64,000 nt of DNA from an uncultured beta proteobacterium (GTDB taxonomy: Bacteria; Pseudomonadota; Gammaproteobacteria; Burkholderiales; Burkholderiaceae_F): assembly GCA_963707445.1 (NCBI GenBank), contig CAVPPW010000003.1:8673-72672 (forward strand). Direction: 5' to 3'. The position numbers were made by a program, and so were the translations under genes. Positions 10,050 to 19,883 of this stretch are shown here, piece after piece; positions within the stretch are counted from its first letter, which is position 1, and the number at the start of each line of letters is the position of its first letter. Under the pieces are notes generated by a model. The model worked only from the letters and a program-made list of their open reading frames with translations. It ran no database searches and was not told the origin of the DNA.

Positions 10050-11363
10050 TCAAGCCGACTGCGCCGGGATCCGAACCCGGACCTGGAGCCCGCCCGCTCC
10101 GCTCGCGCCGAGCGCGACCGAGCCGCGATGCATTTCGACCACCTGCGACACGATCGCCAGGCCGAGCCCGGTACCCGTCGCGGTCGCGGTCGGTCCGCGA
10201 TAGAACCGGTCGAACACGCGTGCGCGCTCGTCTTCCGGAATGCCCGGGCCATTGTCTTCCAGCGTGGCTTCGACGTCGGCGCCGTCGCGCCGAACGGCGG
10301 CGTTCACTGTTCCGCCCTCGGGCGTATAGCGGATCGCGTTGTCCACGAGGTTGCTGAACAGGATCCGCAGCGAGTCTTCGTTGCCTGCGACGATGCAGTC
10401 GGACGAAGCGCTGGCGGTCACGCGGATCCGGCGTTCAGCCGCGAGCGGGCGCAGATCGTCGATGACCGAAGTAAGCAGCTTGCCGATATCGACGCGCGTC
10501 GGCGCGGCAGCGGCAGCGTCGGGCTCGAGTCGCGCCATCGTCAGCAGCTGCTGAACCAGCCGCGCGGATCGACGCAGTCCCTGCCGCAGCTTCTCGAATG
10601 CGCGTGATCTGTCTTCGTCGCTCGCGGCGCGCTCGGCCAGTTGTACCTGCAGGTTCAGCGCCGTGAGCGGCGTGCGCAGCTCGTGCGCGGCATCTGCGGC
10701 AAAGCGACTCTGTTGCGTGAACGACTGGTCCAGTCGAGCGAGCAGATCGTTCAGCGCGTCGGCGAGCGGCCGGATCTCGCTCGGCATGCCGGCAGTGTCC
10801 AGCGGTGTCAGCGCAGTCGGGCTGCGCTGCTTGACGTCGCCGGCGATGCGGCCCAAAGGCGCCAGGCCACGTCCGACGATCCACCAGCCCGCGAGGCCGA
10901 GAAACGGCAACACGATCAGCACGGGCAGCAGCAAGCGAGCTGCAGTGCGGGCGGCGAGCTCCGTACGCAACGCCGTCGGCTGTGCCACCTGGATCAGTTG
11001 CCGGCCGGTGAAAAGCGTGAACACGCGCCACGGGCGCGCGTCGTGCAGCACGGTCGCGTAGCCCTCGTCGGTGCGCGTCATCGGGCCGGCGCCGACGATC
11101 CGCGACACATAGGGGCGATCGAAAGCCGGATCCCAGATCTGCACCAGAACCCGTTGCGCCGGATTGGCGGCAACGCTTTCGAGGCGGCGCAGGTCAAGCA
11201 CTGCATGGTCACGCAGTGAAAGCGCGACCTGCCGCAGTTCCTCGTCGAGCAGGTCGTCGACTTCGTCGCGCGCCGAGATGTAAGTCGCCGTAGCTGCTGC
11301 CAGCCCCGCTAGCGCGAGTGCGGCCAGCAGGGCGGCCAGCAGCCAGCGACGGATCGAGGTCAC
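10050..11363 (-). CDS. Sensor histidine kinase (PmrB/QseC-like, two TM segments)
   Basis: I place the start at GTG 11363 (VTSIRRWLLAALLAALALAG), just after the regulator stop. It has an H-box (AADAAHELRTPLTAL) and an ATPase domain (NLVDNAIRYTPEGG ... GTGLGLAIV). Confidence 0.88.
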   Translation of the reverse strand: MTSIRRWLLAALLAALALAGLAAATATYISARDEVDDLLDEELRQVALSLRDHAVLDLRRLESVAANPAQRVLVQIWDPAFDRPYVSRIVGAGPMTRTDEGYATVLHDARPWRVFTLFTGRQLIQVAQPTALRTELAARTAARLLLPVLIVLPFLGLAGWWIVGRGLAPLGRIAGDVKQRSPTALTPLDTAGMPSEIRPLADALNDLLARLDQSFTQQSRFAADAAHELRTPLTALNLQVQLAERAASDEDRSRAFEKLRQGLRRSARLVQQLLTMARLEPDAAAAAPTRVDIGKLLTSVIDDLRPLAAERRIRVTASASSDCIVAGNEDSLRILFSNLVDNAIRYTPEGGTVNAAVRRDGADVEATLEDNGPGIPEDERARVFDRFYRGPTATATGTGLGLAIVSQVVEMHRGSVALGASGAGGLQVRVRIPAQSA

Positions 11364-11409
11364 GCCGGCTCCGAGCCGCGCGCGGCGCGCTGTGGCGGTC
11401 GAGAGCAGC

Positions 11410-12069
11410 TCATTCGGCGGCCAGCGTATAGCCCATGCCGCGCACGTTGCGGATGACGCCCTCGCCGAGTTTCTTGCGCAGGTTGTGGATGTGGACCTCG
11501 ACTGCATTGCTGCCGACGGTCTCGTTCCACCCATAAAGCTTTTCCTCCAGCTGCGCGCGCGACAGCACGAGGCCCGCGCGTTCGGCCAGCGCCGCGATCA
11601 GTGCGTATTCGCGCGCTGACAGCGAGACCGGCTCGCCGCGCCAGGTCACTTCGCGCGTCGCCGGATTCAGCGTGAGCTGGCCGCGCTCGATGATCGGCTC
11701 GGCGCGGCCGGCTGCACGGCGGAGCAGCGCGCGGACACGCGCCGTAAGTTCATCGAGGTCAAATGGCTTGACGAGATAGTCGTCGGCGCCGGCATCGAGC
11801 CCCTTGATTCGGTCGCGCACAGTGTCGCGCGCCGTCATCACCAGCACCGGCACACCGATACGCCGCTCGCGGATGCTGCGGAGCACCTCGATGCCGTCGC
11901 GGCGCGGCAGGCCGAGGTCGAGCACGACCAGCGAATAAGGCGTCGCGCCAACTGCAACGTCGGCCTCCTTGCCGTCGCGAACCCAGTCGACTGCGTAACC
12001 TTCGGCCTTCAGGCCGTCGGCCACGCTTTCGCCGATCATCGCGTCGTCTTCAACGAGAAGGATGCGCAT
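11410..12069 (-). CDS. OmpR/PhoB-family response regulator (PmrA/QseB-like)
   Basis: ATG at 12069. The receiver domain reads MRILLVEDDAMIGESV...LDLGLPRRDG. The winged-helix C-terminus reads SNAVEVHIHNLRKKLG..IRNVRGMGYTL. Confidence 0.92.
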   Translation of the reverse strand: MRILLVEDDAMIGESVADGLKAEGYAVDWVRDGKEADVAVGATPYSLVVLDLGLPRRDGIEVLRSIRERRIGVPVLVMTARDTVRDRIKGLDAGADDYLVKPFDLDELTARVRALLRRAAGRAEPIIERGQLTLNPATREVTWRGEPVSLSAREYALIAALAERAGLVLSRAQLEEKLYGWNETVGSNAVEVHIHNLRKKLGEGVIRNVRGMGYTLAAE

Positions 12070-12121
12070 GAATCGAATGCCAGTCCTGGTGCAGCAGCAA
12101 CGATAGCGCGACGCTCGTCGC

Positions 12122-12697
12122 TCACTGCCGGCGCGTCGAGCGGTGTCGCAGCAGCGCGCGGATGATGACGGCCGCCAGCCCGATCGCGGCCACGATCCCC
12201 AGCAGCAGCTTTTCCGCGTGCGCGACATTCGCGAGCAGGCTTTCGACGGCGTGGCCTGCCGTGTAGCCGATCGCGGCGATCACGACGGCCCAGATCGCTG
12301 CCCCGAGTGCATTCGCGGCGACGAACTCCCACAGCGGCATCGTGCCCGCGCCGAGCAGCATCGGCCCGCCGGTGCGCAGACCGTAGGTGAAGCGCAGCAC
12401 GACGACCGCGCCCCAGCGCCAGCGCGCCAGCAGCCGATCGACTCGCGGCACTACGCGCGCAAGCCAGGGCACGTGCTCGGTCGCATGAACCCCCCAGCGT
12501 CGGCCGAGCAGGAAGAACACGTTGTCACCAATGAAGGCGCCGATGGCGGCGACCGGCACGACCTCGCGAATGTCGAGCAGTCCAAGATGAGCGCTGGCGC
12601 TGGCCAGCAGCAGGATCGCTTCGCCTTCGAGGATGCAGCCGAGCAGCACGGCATAAAGGCCGTACTGGGTCACCAGGGCCTGCAGGTCGGTTGGCAT
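12122..12697 (-). CDS. DedA-family membrane protein
   Basis: ATG at 12697. Supporting text: YGLYAVLLGCILEGEAILL...GDNVFFLLGRRWG...LRFTYGLRTGGPMLLGAG. Confidence 0.85.
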   Translation of the reverse strand: MPTDLQALVTQYGLYAVLLGCILEGEAILLLASASAHLGLLDIREVVPVAAIGAFIGDNVFFLLGRRWGVHATEHVPWLARVVPRVDRLLARWRWGAVVVLRFTYGLRTGGPMLLGAGTMPLWEFVAANALGAAIWAVVIAAIGYTAGHAVESLLANVAHAEKLLLGIVAAIGLAAVIIRALLRHRSTRRQ

Positions 12698-12748
12698 CGC
12701 GATTCCGAGGTTGCAGACTATGACATGGGCCGTACGCGAGCAGCCGGC

Positions 12749-13273
12749 ATGCACAGAGCGTGCGATTCGACTCTCTTTCTTCTTCTGCTACTGATGCACG
12801 GGAGCGGCATGAGCGCATCTGCGGCCGCCGCAGAAGAGCGCCGCAACTGGTTCGACACGCCGTTCGCGCAGGCACTCAATGGAGCAGCGTATTGCCCGCC
12901 GCCTGAAGGGCCGTTGATCACCGAACAGCAGATGCGCGCGCTTGCGCATGCACGCATCGAGCGCGGGACCTCGTGCTGGCTTGCCAAGAAGTGCGAGGAC
13001 AGCAATGCCTACAGGCGCGATCCCGAAATTCAGGGTCGCGTGATCGAAGCGCTGCGCGCGCAGCCCGCTTTCGCGGGTTCGAGCATCTGGGTCACGACCG
13101 AGCGGCACTGGGTCACGCTGCAGGGTTGCGCCGAGTCAGCGCGCGTGCGCGCAAAGCTCGTCGAGGAGGTTCAGCGCGTAAGCGGCGTCGAGGAGGTGTT
13201 CGACCAGATGGTCGTCGGTCGGCAAAAGCCGAGGTGGACCGTGGACCCGGCCTGGGTGGGCCGCACAAGATAA
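12749..13273 (+). CDS. Exported BON-domain protein
   Basis: Only the last 174 codons of ORF 12143-13273 look coding. There is a signal peptide (STLFLLLLLMHGSGMSASA) and a BON-like segment (SIWVTTERHWVTLQGCAESARVRAKLVEEVQRVSGVEEVFDQMVV). An alternative start is at 12725. Confidence 0.7.
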   Translation: MHRACDSTLFLLLLLMHGSGMSASAAAAEERRNWFDTPFAQALNGAAYCPPPEGPLITEQQMRALAHARIERGTSCWLAKKCEDSNAYRRDPEIQGRVIEALRAQPAFAGSSIWVTTERHWVTLQGCAESARVRAKLVEEVQRVSGVEEVFDQMVVGRQKPRWTVDPAWVGRTR

Positions 13274-13301
13274 AAAAACCGACGCGGCACCGCCGCGTCG
13301 G
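13272..13301 (-). terminator. Intrinsic terminator for the small minus-strand gene; it also abuts the BON gene stop
   Basis: CCGACGCGGC-ACC-GCCGCGTCGG is preceded on the plus strand by A7, which gives a U-tract in the minus-strand transcript. Confidence 0.65.
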
Positions 13302-13354
13302 TGGGAGGGGCGCGCTAAGGAGACAGACGTTCACGCGCCAAGGAGACAACCGGT

Positions 13355-13543
13355 CTAGGCGTGGAAGCCTTGCACGCCTTGTTCGATTTGATGCAGACGC
13401 TGCGCGAGTTCACGCGGATTGCTGGCGCGCGCGACGTAGCGGTCGTGTTCGCGAACTGCGGCGCGCTCGAGCGCTTCGACGATCCACGCGACAAAAGCAG
13501 TCAACTGGTTTCGTTCATCGGTTCGTTGCAGGATCTTTTCCAT
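13355..13543 (-). CDS. Small protein (62 aa), DUF3563-like C-terminal motif
   Basis: ATG at 13543 has GAGGA 7 nt upstream and the terminator lies downstream. The sequence is MEKILQRTDERNQLTAFVAWIVEALERAAVREHDRYVARASNPRELAQRLHQIEQGVQGFHA. A mirror ORF exists on the plus strand but has no usable RBS. Confidence 0.45.
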   Translation of the reverse strand: MEKILQRTDERNQLTAFVAWIVEALERAAVREHDRYVARASNPRELAQRLHQIEQGVQGFHA

Positions 13544-13772
13544 CGTTACGTCCTCTGCGATGTGTTTTCGCTGCGCCGCCACATACGTAATCATCGGCCG
13601 GACCAGCGACAAAAATAAAATAGTGAATCCAAATAGTTAGCATCAAATAACGCGATAGACCGCGAGTCAGAGAGAGGGCTTGTGTTGCTGTTTCGCAGCA
13701 CAAGTCGCTGATCGAGCGACGCGCTCCAGTGGCCACCGCGAACTGGCTGAGCGTCGTCAGGTCGCAGCGTAT

Positions 13773-14108
13773 TCATTGCGACCATGAAAACTGGCGCCGC
13801 GATTTCACGGTGTCGATCCGTTGCTCGAGGTCGGCCAGGCTGGTGGCATCTGACAGATAGCGCTCGATCACGACGGCCTGCCACAGGTCGGATCGCCGTG
13901 CGAACCGACTGAATAGCAGAGGGAATATGGCGCGCAGTGTCGTGGACCGCAGTTCGTTCATCGCCGCGGACTCATCGGCACTGAGCGGCGCGGCGCCGGG
14001 CGGGGTGGTCGGCTTGGCGGCGCGTTCGTTCTTCAGTGCTCCTGCGTCAGCGGATCGGCTCGGCAGAAACGAGAAAGGCCATGGAAATAAGCGGGTCAAT
14101 GTCTTCAT
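13773..14108 (-). CDS. Small protein (111 aa), paralogous C-terminal motif to 13355-13543
   Basis: ATG at 14108 has AAGGAG 6 nt upstream. The C-terminus (..AVVIERYLSDATSLADLEQRIDTV..) aligns with ..REHDRYVARASNPRELAQRLHQIE.. of the neighbouring gene. Confidence 0.5.
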   Translation of the reverse strand: MKTLTRLFPWPFSFLPSRSADAGALKNERAAKPTTPPGAAPLSADESAAMNELRSTTLRAIFPLLFSRFARRSDLWQAVVIERYLSDATSLADLEQRIDTVKSRRQFSWSQ

Positions 14109-14271
14109 CGGCAGCTCCTTAATTGCTGCTATGCACAAGCTATAATCGGGCCTGCCGGCTCCAAAAATAAAATCGATTTTTCAAATACCTAGGATCGCGT
14201 ACCCATATAGACCCTGCCGACTATTGCGGCACTGCAAAATCGAGGATAAGCTGGCGCGAGAAAAGGAATCC

Positions 14272-15192
14272 ATGGAGCTTTATCAGCTACGGACATTCGC
14301 TGCAGTCGCGGAAGCCGGCCATCTCACCCGGGCGGCGGAACGTCTGCATTTGAGTCAGCCGGCCGTCAGTGGGCACATCAAGGCGCTAGAGCAGGAACTC
14401 GATGTACGCCTCTTCGATCGCGCTGCCACCGGCATGCTGCTGACCGAAGCCGGACGCCAGTTACTGGCGCACGCACACAAGGTTTTGAGCGCCGCCGATG
14501 GCGTCAAGCAGGCTGCGAAGCAGCTGCACGGCACTCCGTCGGGTCTCCTGCACATCGGCACGGTCGCCGATCCGGTCGACAACAGGCTCGGCGCGGTGCT
14601 GACCGCGGCGGTGCAGCGTCATCCGCTGCTTCGCCTCGACCTGCATCAGGCGATGTCGGGGACCGCGCTCGAAAGCGTGCGCGACGGTCGGCTCGATGCA
14701 ACCTTCTTCTTCGGTGATGCGCCGACGCCGCCACTCGCCGGACTGCCGCTCAGGCAGCTTATTTACCGGGTTGCGGCGCCCGCGGGCTGGGCCGCGCGGA
14801 TCAAGAGTGCGCGCTGGCCAGAGATTGCCTCGATGCCCTGGATCCGCACGCCGACGCTGAGCACGCATACGCAGCTCGTGTCACAGCTCTTTGCCGCGCA
14901 TAGCCTCGAAGCGCCCGAGGCCGCGGTGCTGGCCGATGACGAGACCGTGATCGCCAGCTTGATCGTGTCCGGTCTCGGCGTCGCACTGGTGCGGGATGAA
15001 GTCGCGCGTGCCCGCGCCGAAGAGGGCGAACTGGTGATCTGGCCGGGGGCGGCGATCGAAACGACGCTCTGGTTCGTCTACCCGGCTGCGCGTGCCGATG
15101 AACCAGCGGTCGCGGCGCTGGTCGACATGGTGCGCGAGGCGTGGAACCTGAACAGCGCGCGCGGCTCGACGGCGGCCAAGACCGCCGCCTGA
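14272..15192 (+). CDS. LysR-family transcriptional regulator
   Basis: ATG at 14272 follows AAAGGAA. The HTH reads MELYQLRTFAAVAEAGHLTRAAERLHLSQPAVSGHIKALEQEL. Confidence 0.9.
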   Translation: MELYQLRTFAAVAEAGHLTRAAERLHLSQPAVSGHIKALEQELDVRLFDRAATGMLLTEAGRQLLAHAHKVLSAADGVKQAAKQLHGTPSGLLHIGTVADPVDNRLGAVLTAAVQRHPLLRLDLHQAMSGTALESVRDGRLDATFFFGDAPTPPLAGLPLRQLIYRVAAPAGWAARIKSARWPEIASMPWIRTPTLSTHTQLVSQLFAAHSLEAPEAAVLADDETVIASLIVSGLGVALVRDEVARARAEEGELVIWPGAAIETTLWFVYPAARADEPAVAALVDMVREAWNLNSARGSTAAKTAA

Positions 15193-15196
15193 ACGT

Positions 15197-16601
15197 CTAG
15201 CGCGCCGCGGCGAACTGCTCGGGCGACCAGCCGCCGCCGATCGCCTTGTACAGATCCACCAACGCCACCTGACGTTCACGCAGCGCAAGAACGCGCTGCC
15301 GTTCAGCTTCCAGCAGGTTGCGCTGCGTATCCAGTACGTCGATGTAGCTGACATAGCCACTGCGGTAACGCAGTTCGGCCAGCGCGAAGGCCTGCGCGAA
15401 CAGTTCACGCCGTTCACTCTGCGCTATGAAACTCTCGCGGGAGCTGCTATGCGCGACCAGCGCATCGTGCGCATCGCGGAAGGCCGACTGCACCGTCTGC
15501 ACGTACTGCAGTTCGAGCTGCTGCTCTAGCGCCTTGGCGCCATCGACCTGCGCCGTGATTCGTCCGCCGGAAAAGATGGGCTGCAGTGCACGCCCGGCGA
15601 TCGACCAGACGAGAGCCGGGCCGGAGAAGAGATTCGCCAGGTCCGAGCTCTCGCTGCCGTAGAAGCCGGTCAGCACCAGCGACGGGAAGTACTGAGCGCG
15701 CGCCTCGGCCACGCGGGCGTTGGCCGACGCGAGTTGCGCCTCGGACTGCCTGATGTCGGGCCGCCGCGCCAGCACGTCCGACGGCAGTCCGACCGGCACT
15801 TCGGGCACGAACGCAGCTTCCACGAGGCCCGCGCGCGCGATCACGGGCGTGAACACGGCGCGTGCACTGCGTCCGGCGAGCGTCGCGAGCGCCGCTTCGG
15901 TCTGCGCCCGAGCGCGCTGCAGCGGCGGAATCGAAGCGATCACGCTGGCGCGCTCGGCTTGCGCCAGTTTGAAGTCGTACTCGCCGATCAGGCCGGCGTC
16001 GTAGCGCTGGCGCTGCAGCGTGACGGCTTGCTTCGCGTGTCACCAAGGTGTCGCGCGAGATCTGCAGCTCGGCGTCGAGTGCCAGCAGCGTGAAGTATGT
16101 CGTCGCGACCTGCGCCGCCAGCACGGTGCGCACGGCCTCGGTGTTGTAGCGCGTGGCCAGCAGAGTCGATTTGGCGGCACTGACACCGGCGGAAACGCGT
16201 CCCGACAGATCGACTTCGTACGAGGCCTGCAGCCCCGCCCCGTAGAGGTTGGTGGCCAGCGGTCCCGGGAACGACAAGTCACTGGCATTGCTGCGTCGCG
16301 TGCGGCCCGCATTGGCGTAGGCATCGACCGTCGGAAATAGAAACGATCGGGCCACACCGAGGTTGGCCCTCGCCTCCTCGATGCGCGCCATCGCGACGCC
16401 CAGGTCGAGGTTGGCGGCGAACGCCTCGTCGATCAAGGCGTTCAGTTGCGGATCGTTGAACTGCGTCCACCAGCGCTCGACGCCCGGCAGGCTCTGCACG
16501 CTCGCCTCCGGCAGCTCGACCGGCGGCACTTTGGTTTCGATCGTCCTGCATGCGGCAAGCGACACGACGGTTGCGGCAACAAGAACTGTGAGGCCTCTCA
16601 T
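15197..16601 (-). pseudogene. RND efflux outer-membrane factor lipoprotein (NodT family) with one frame break
   Basis: The N-terminus (MRGLTVLVAATVVSLAAC, lipobox) is in the frame of ORF 15447-17210 and the C-terminal 248 aa are in ORF 15197-15943. They join near 16028 (..DTLVTRE / AVTLQRQRYDAGLIGEYD..). The length of 1405 nt is not a multiple of 3. Confidence 0.88.
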
Positions 16602-19600
16602 TACTCGCCTCCCTCGTGCGACGGGGTCGTCGTAATCGCTTTCCCCTTGCCCACGTGCACGTGCGTTGCCGCTTCGGCAGCGAGCTGTCGGTGATGCTCG
16701 GCGCTGCGCCGTTCGCCTTCGGCAACTTCGGCCCGCAGTTCTTCTTCCGAGCGCGCTTCGCGCACCTTGCGCTCGGTGATCAGCTTGAAGAAAAACGGCA
16801 CGAAGAAGACGGCCATGAACGTCGCGGCGAGCATGCCGCCCATGACGCCGGTGCCCGCCGATACACGCGCGCCGGCGCCGGCACCCGTCGAAAAGGCGAG
16901 CGGCACGACACCGAGGATGAACGCCATCGAAGTCATGATGATCGGGCGGAACCGCAGCCGTGACGCCTCGATCGCTGCCGCCGAGCTCGAGTAACCCTCC
17001 GAGCGCTTCAACGAGGAGAACTCGACGATCAGGATCGCGTTCTTCGCCGCCAGCCCGAGCAGCGTCACCAGACCGATCTGGAAATACACGTCGTTCGTCA
17101 GCGGCATCGCGCCCGTGATCGGGGCGAGCAGGTTCTTGATCCAGATCGCGGCCAGCGCACCGAAGGTTCCGAACGGCAATGCCATTAACACCGAAAATGG
17201 CAGCGACCATTTCTCGTACTGCGCCGCCAGAATCAGGAACACCATCACCACGGCCATGCCCAGCGCAAGACCCGAAGTCCCGGCCGAGCGTTTCTCCTGG
17301 AACGACACGCCGCCCCAGTCGAAACTGAAATCGGACGGCAGCACTTGGCGCGCGATCTGCTCGACGCGGGCGATGGCCTGCCCCGAGCTGACGCCCGGTG
17401 CGGCCTGACCGAAGATCTTCACCGCGGGCAGGTTGTTGAAGCGATCGAGCGAATCAGGGCCCGAAACGTACTTGACCGTCGCCAGCGACGACAGCGGAAT
17501 CATCTCGCCGCGCGCCGAGCGGACCCACATGCCGCCCACCGTTTCCGGCCGATTGCGAAACTGCGGCTCGGCGCTCATCAGCACCTGCCAGGTGCGACCG
17601 TACTTGTTGAAGTCGTTCACGTAGAAGCTGCCCAGCGTCGCGCTCAGCGTGTCGAACACATCGTTGATCGGCACGCCCAGCGCCTTCGCCTTGTCGCGGT
17701 CGACGTCGACATACAGCTGCGGCACGTTCGCGCGCCACAACGTCTGGGCGCCGCCCAGCTGCGGGTCCGAATTCAGGCGGCCTAGAAACTGCTGCAGCAC
17801 TTCCTGCGTCTTGGCGGGGCCGCCTTCGCCGCGGTTCTGCAGGTAGAGCTCATATCCGCCGGCGATGCCGAGACCAAAGATCGCCGGCGGTGCGAACGCG
17901 AGCACCAGCGCCTTCCTTGATGTGGCCGGTCTTCATGAAGAAGTCGCCGACCAGCTGAGGTGTGGCGACTCCCTTGCGCTTGTTCCACGGAATCTGCGTG
18001 ACGAAGATCGTTGCCGCGTTGTTGCGGAAGCCGCCACCGAGGAAGTCGAAGCCGGTGAACGCGACGACGTCCTCATTGTTCGGATTGCTCTTCAGGATTT
18101 CGACGACCTCGTTGACCACCTTGTCGGTGCGCTGCAGGCTCGAGCCGTCGGGCAGGATCACCGCGGAGATGAAGTAGCCCTGGTCCTCGTCCGGCACGAG
18201 CGAGCCGGGAGTAAAGCGCCACAGGCCGAACGCAACCAGAACCATCAGGCCGAACAGCACGAGCGCGATCGTCCCGCGCCGGATCATCCAGATCACGCCG
18301 CTGGTGTAGCGCCGTGTCACGTTCGCAAACCAGTTGTTGAACGCCACGAAGAACCGCGCCGGGTTCTTGTGTTCGCGCTTCAGGATCATTACGCACAAAC
18401 TAGGCGTCAGCGTCAGCGCGACGACGCCCGAGATCGCCACCGCGATCGAGATCGTGATCGCGAACTGGCGATACAGCTCGCCGGTCAGGCCGCCGAGGAA
18501 GGCGATCGGCACGAAAACAGAGATCAGCACCAGCACGATCGCGACAATCGGACTGGTGACTTCCTCCATCGCCACGATCGCGGCTTCGCGTGCGTTGAGC
18601 TTTTCCTCGTGCATGATGCGCTCGACGTTTTCGAGCACGACGATCGCGTCGTCGACGACGATCCCGATCGCGAGCACCATGCCGAACAGCGTCAGCGTAT
18701 TGATCGAATAGCCGAGCATCAGCAGGCCGGCGAAAGTCCCGATCAATGACACCGGCACCGCGAGGACCGGGATCAGCGTCGCGCGCCAGTTCTGCAGGAA
18801 CAGGTAGACGACCAGGAACACCAGCACGACCGCGATCGACAGTGTGACTACGACTTCGTGAATCGACACTTCGACGAATCGCGTCGTGTCGTACGGAATC
18901 GCGTACGCCAGCCCTTCGGGGAAGCGCTTGGCGAGTTCGTCGGTCGTCCGCTTGACGGTGCCCGCAACCGCCAGGGCGTTGGCGCCCGGTTGCAGGAAGA
19001 CACCGACCAGGGTGGCGCGCTTGCCGTTGTAGCGTCCGATGAAGTCGTAGTCCTTGCTGCCGAGCTCGACGCGGGCCACGTCCCTCAGTCGCACCGCAGC
19101 CGCCTCGCTGTCGGAGCGGATGATGATGTTCTCGAACTCCTTCGGGTCGGCGAAACGCCCCTTGGCTGTGACGGTGTAGACGAGGTCCTGGTTGCCGCCG
19201 TACGGAGCCTGACCGACCTTGCCTGCCGCGAACTGCGCGTTCTGCTCGTTGAGCGCGCGAACCACGTCCGAAGTGGTCAGCTTCAACTGCGCCAGCCGGT
19301 CGGGTCGCACCCAGATCCGCATCGCGTAATCCTTGGCGCCGAAGATCTGCACGTTGGTCGTGCCCGGCAGCCGCTTCAACTCGTCGAGCACGTTGAGCGT
19401 GACGTAGTTCGACGTGTAAAGATCGTCGAAGCGGTCGTCGGGCGAATAGAACGCCAGCACCTGCAGGAACGCCGACGAACCCTTTTCGACGGTCACCCCC
19501 TGGCGCCGCACTTCCTCCGGCAGGCGCGCTTCGGCCTGCTTGACGCGGTTGTTGACGTTCAGCGCAGCCTGGTCGGCGTCGGTGCCGATGTCGAACGTCA

Positions 19601-19877
19601 CCTGGATTTCGACGACGCCGTTGGACGACGAGTTGCTGCTCATGTACAGCATGTTCTCGACGCCGTTGATCGCGTTTTCGATCGGCGCGGCGACCGTCTG
19701 CTCCAGCGTCGTGGCGGACGCGCCCGGATAGACCGCTCGCACGCTGACGACCGGCGGAGCGATCTCCGGGTATTGCGCGATCGGCAACACGCGCATCGCG
19801 GCCAGGCCGGCGAGCACGATGAATATCGAGAGCACGACGGCAAAAATGGGCCGGTCGATGAAGAAGCGCGAAAACAT
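16601..19877 (-). pseudogene. RND multidrug efflux permease (AcrB/MexB type, HAE1) with one frame break
   Basis: ORF 17850-19877 (MFSRFFIDRPIFAVVLSIFIVLAG...) joins ORF 16601-17905 near 17900. The stop overlaps the OMF start (TAATG). Confidence 0.92.
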
Positions 19878-19883
19878 GGTCGT

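Noticed and set aside
13361-13618. An 85-aa plus-strand ORF mirroring the small minus-strand gene.
   Set aside because: The nearest Shine-Dalgarno (AAGGAGA) is about 14 nt from its GTG, which is too far. The minus-strand reading has GAGGA at 7 nt, a downstream terminator in the correct orientation and a paralogue next door. The strand call is still only moderately confident.
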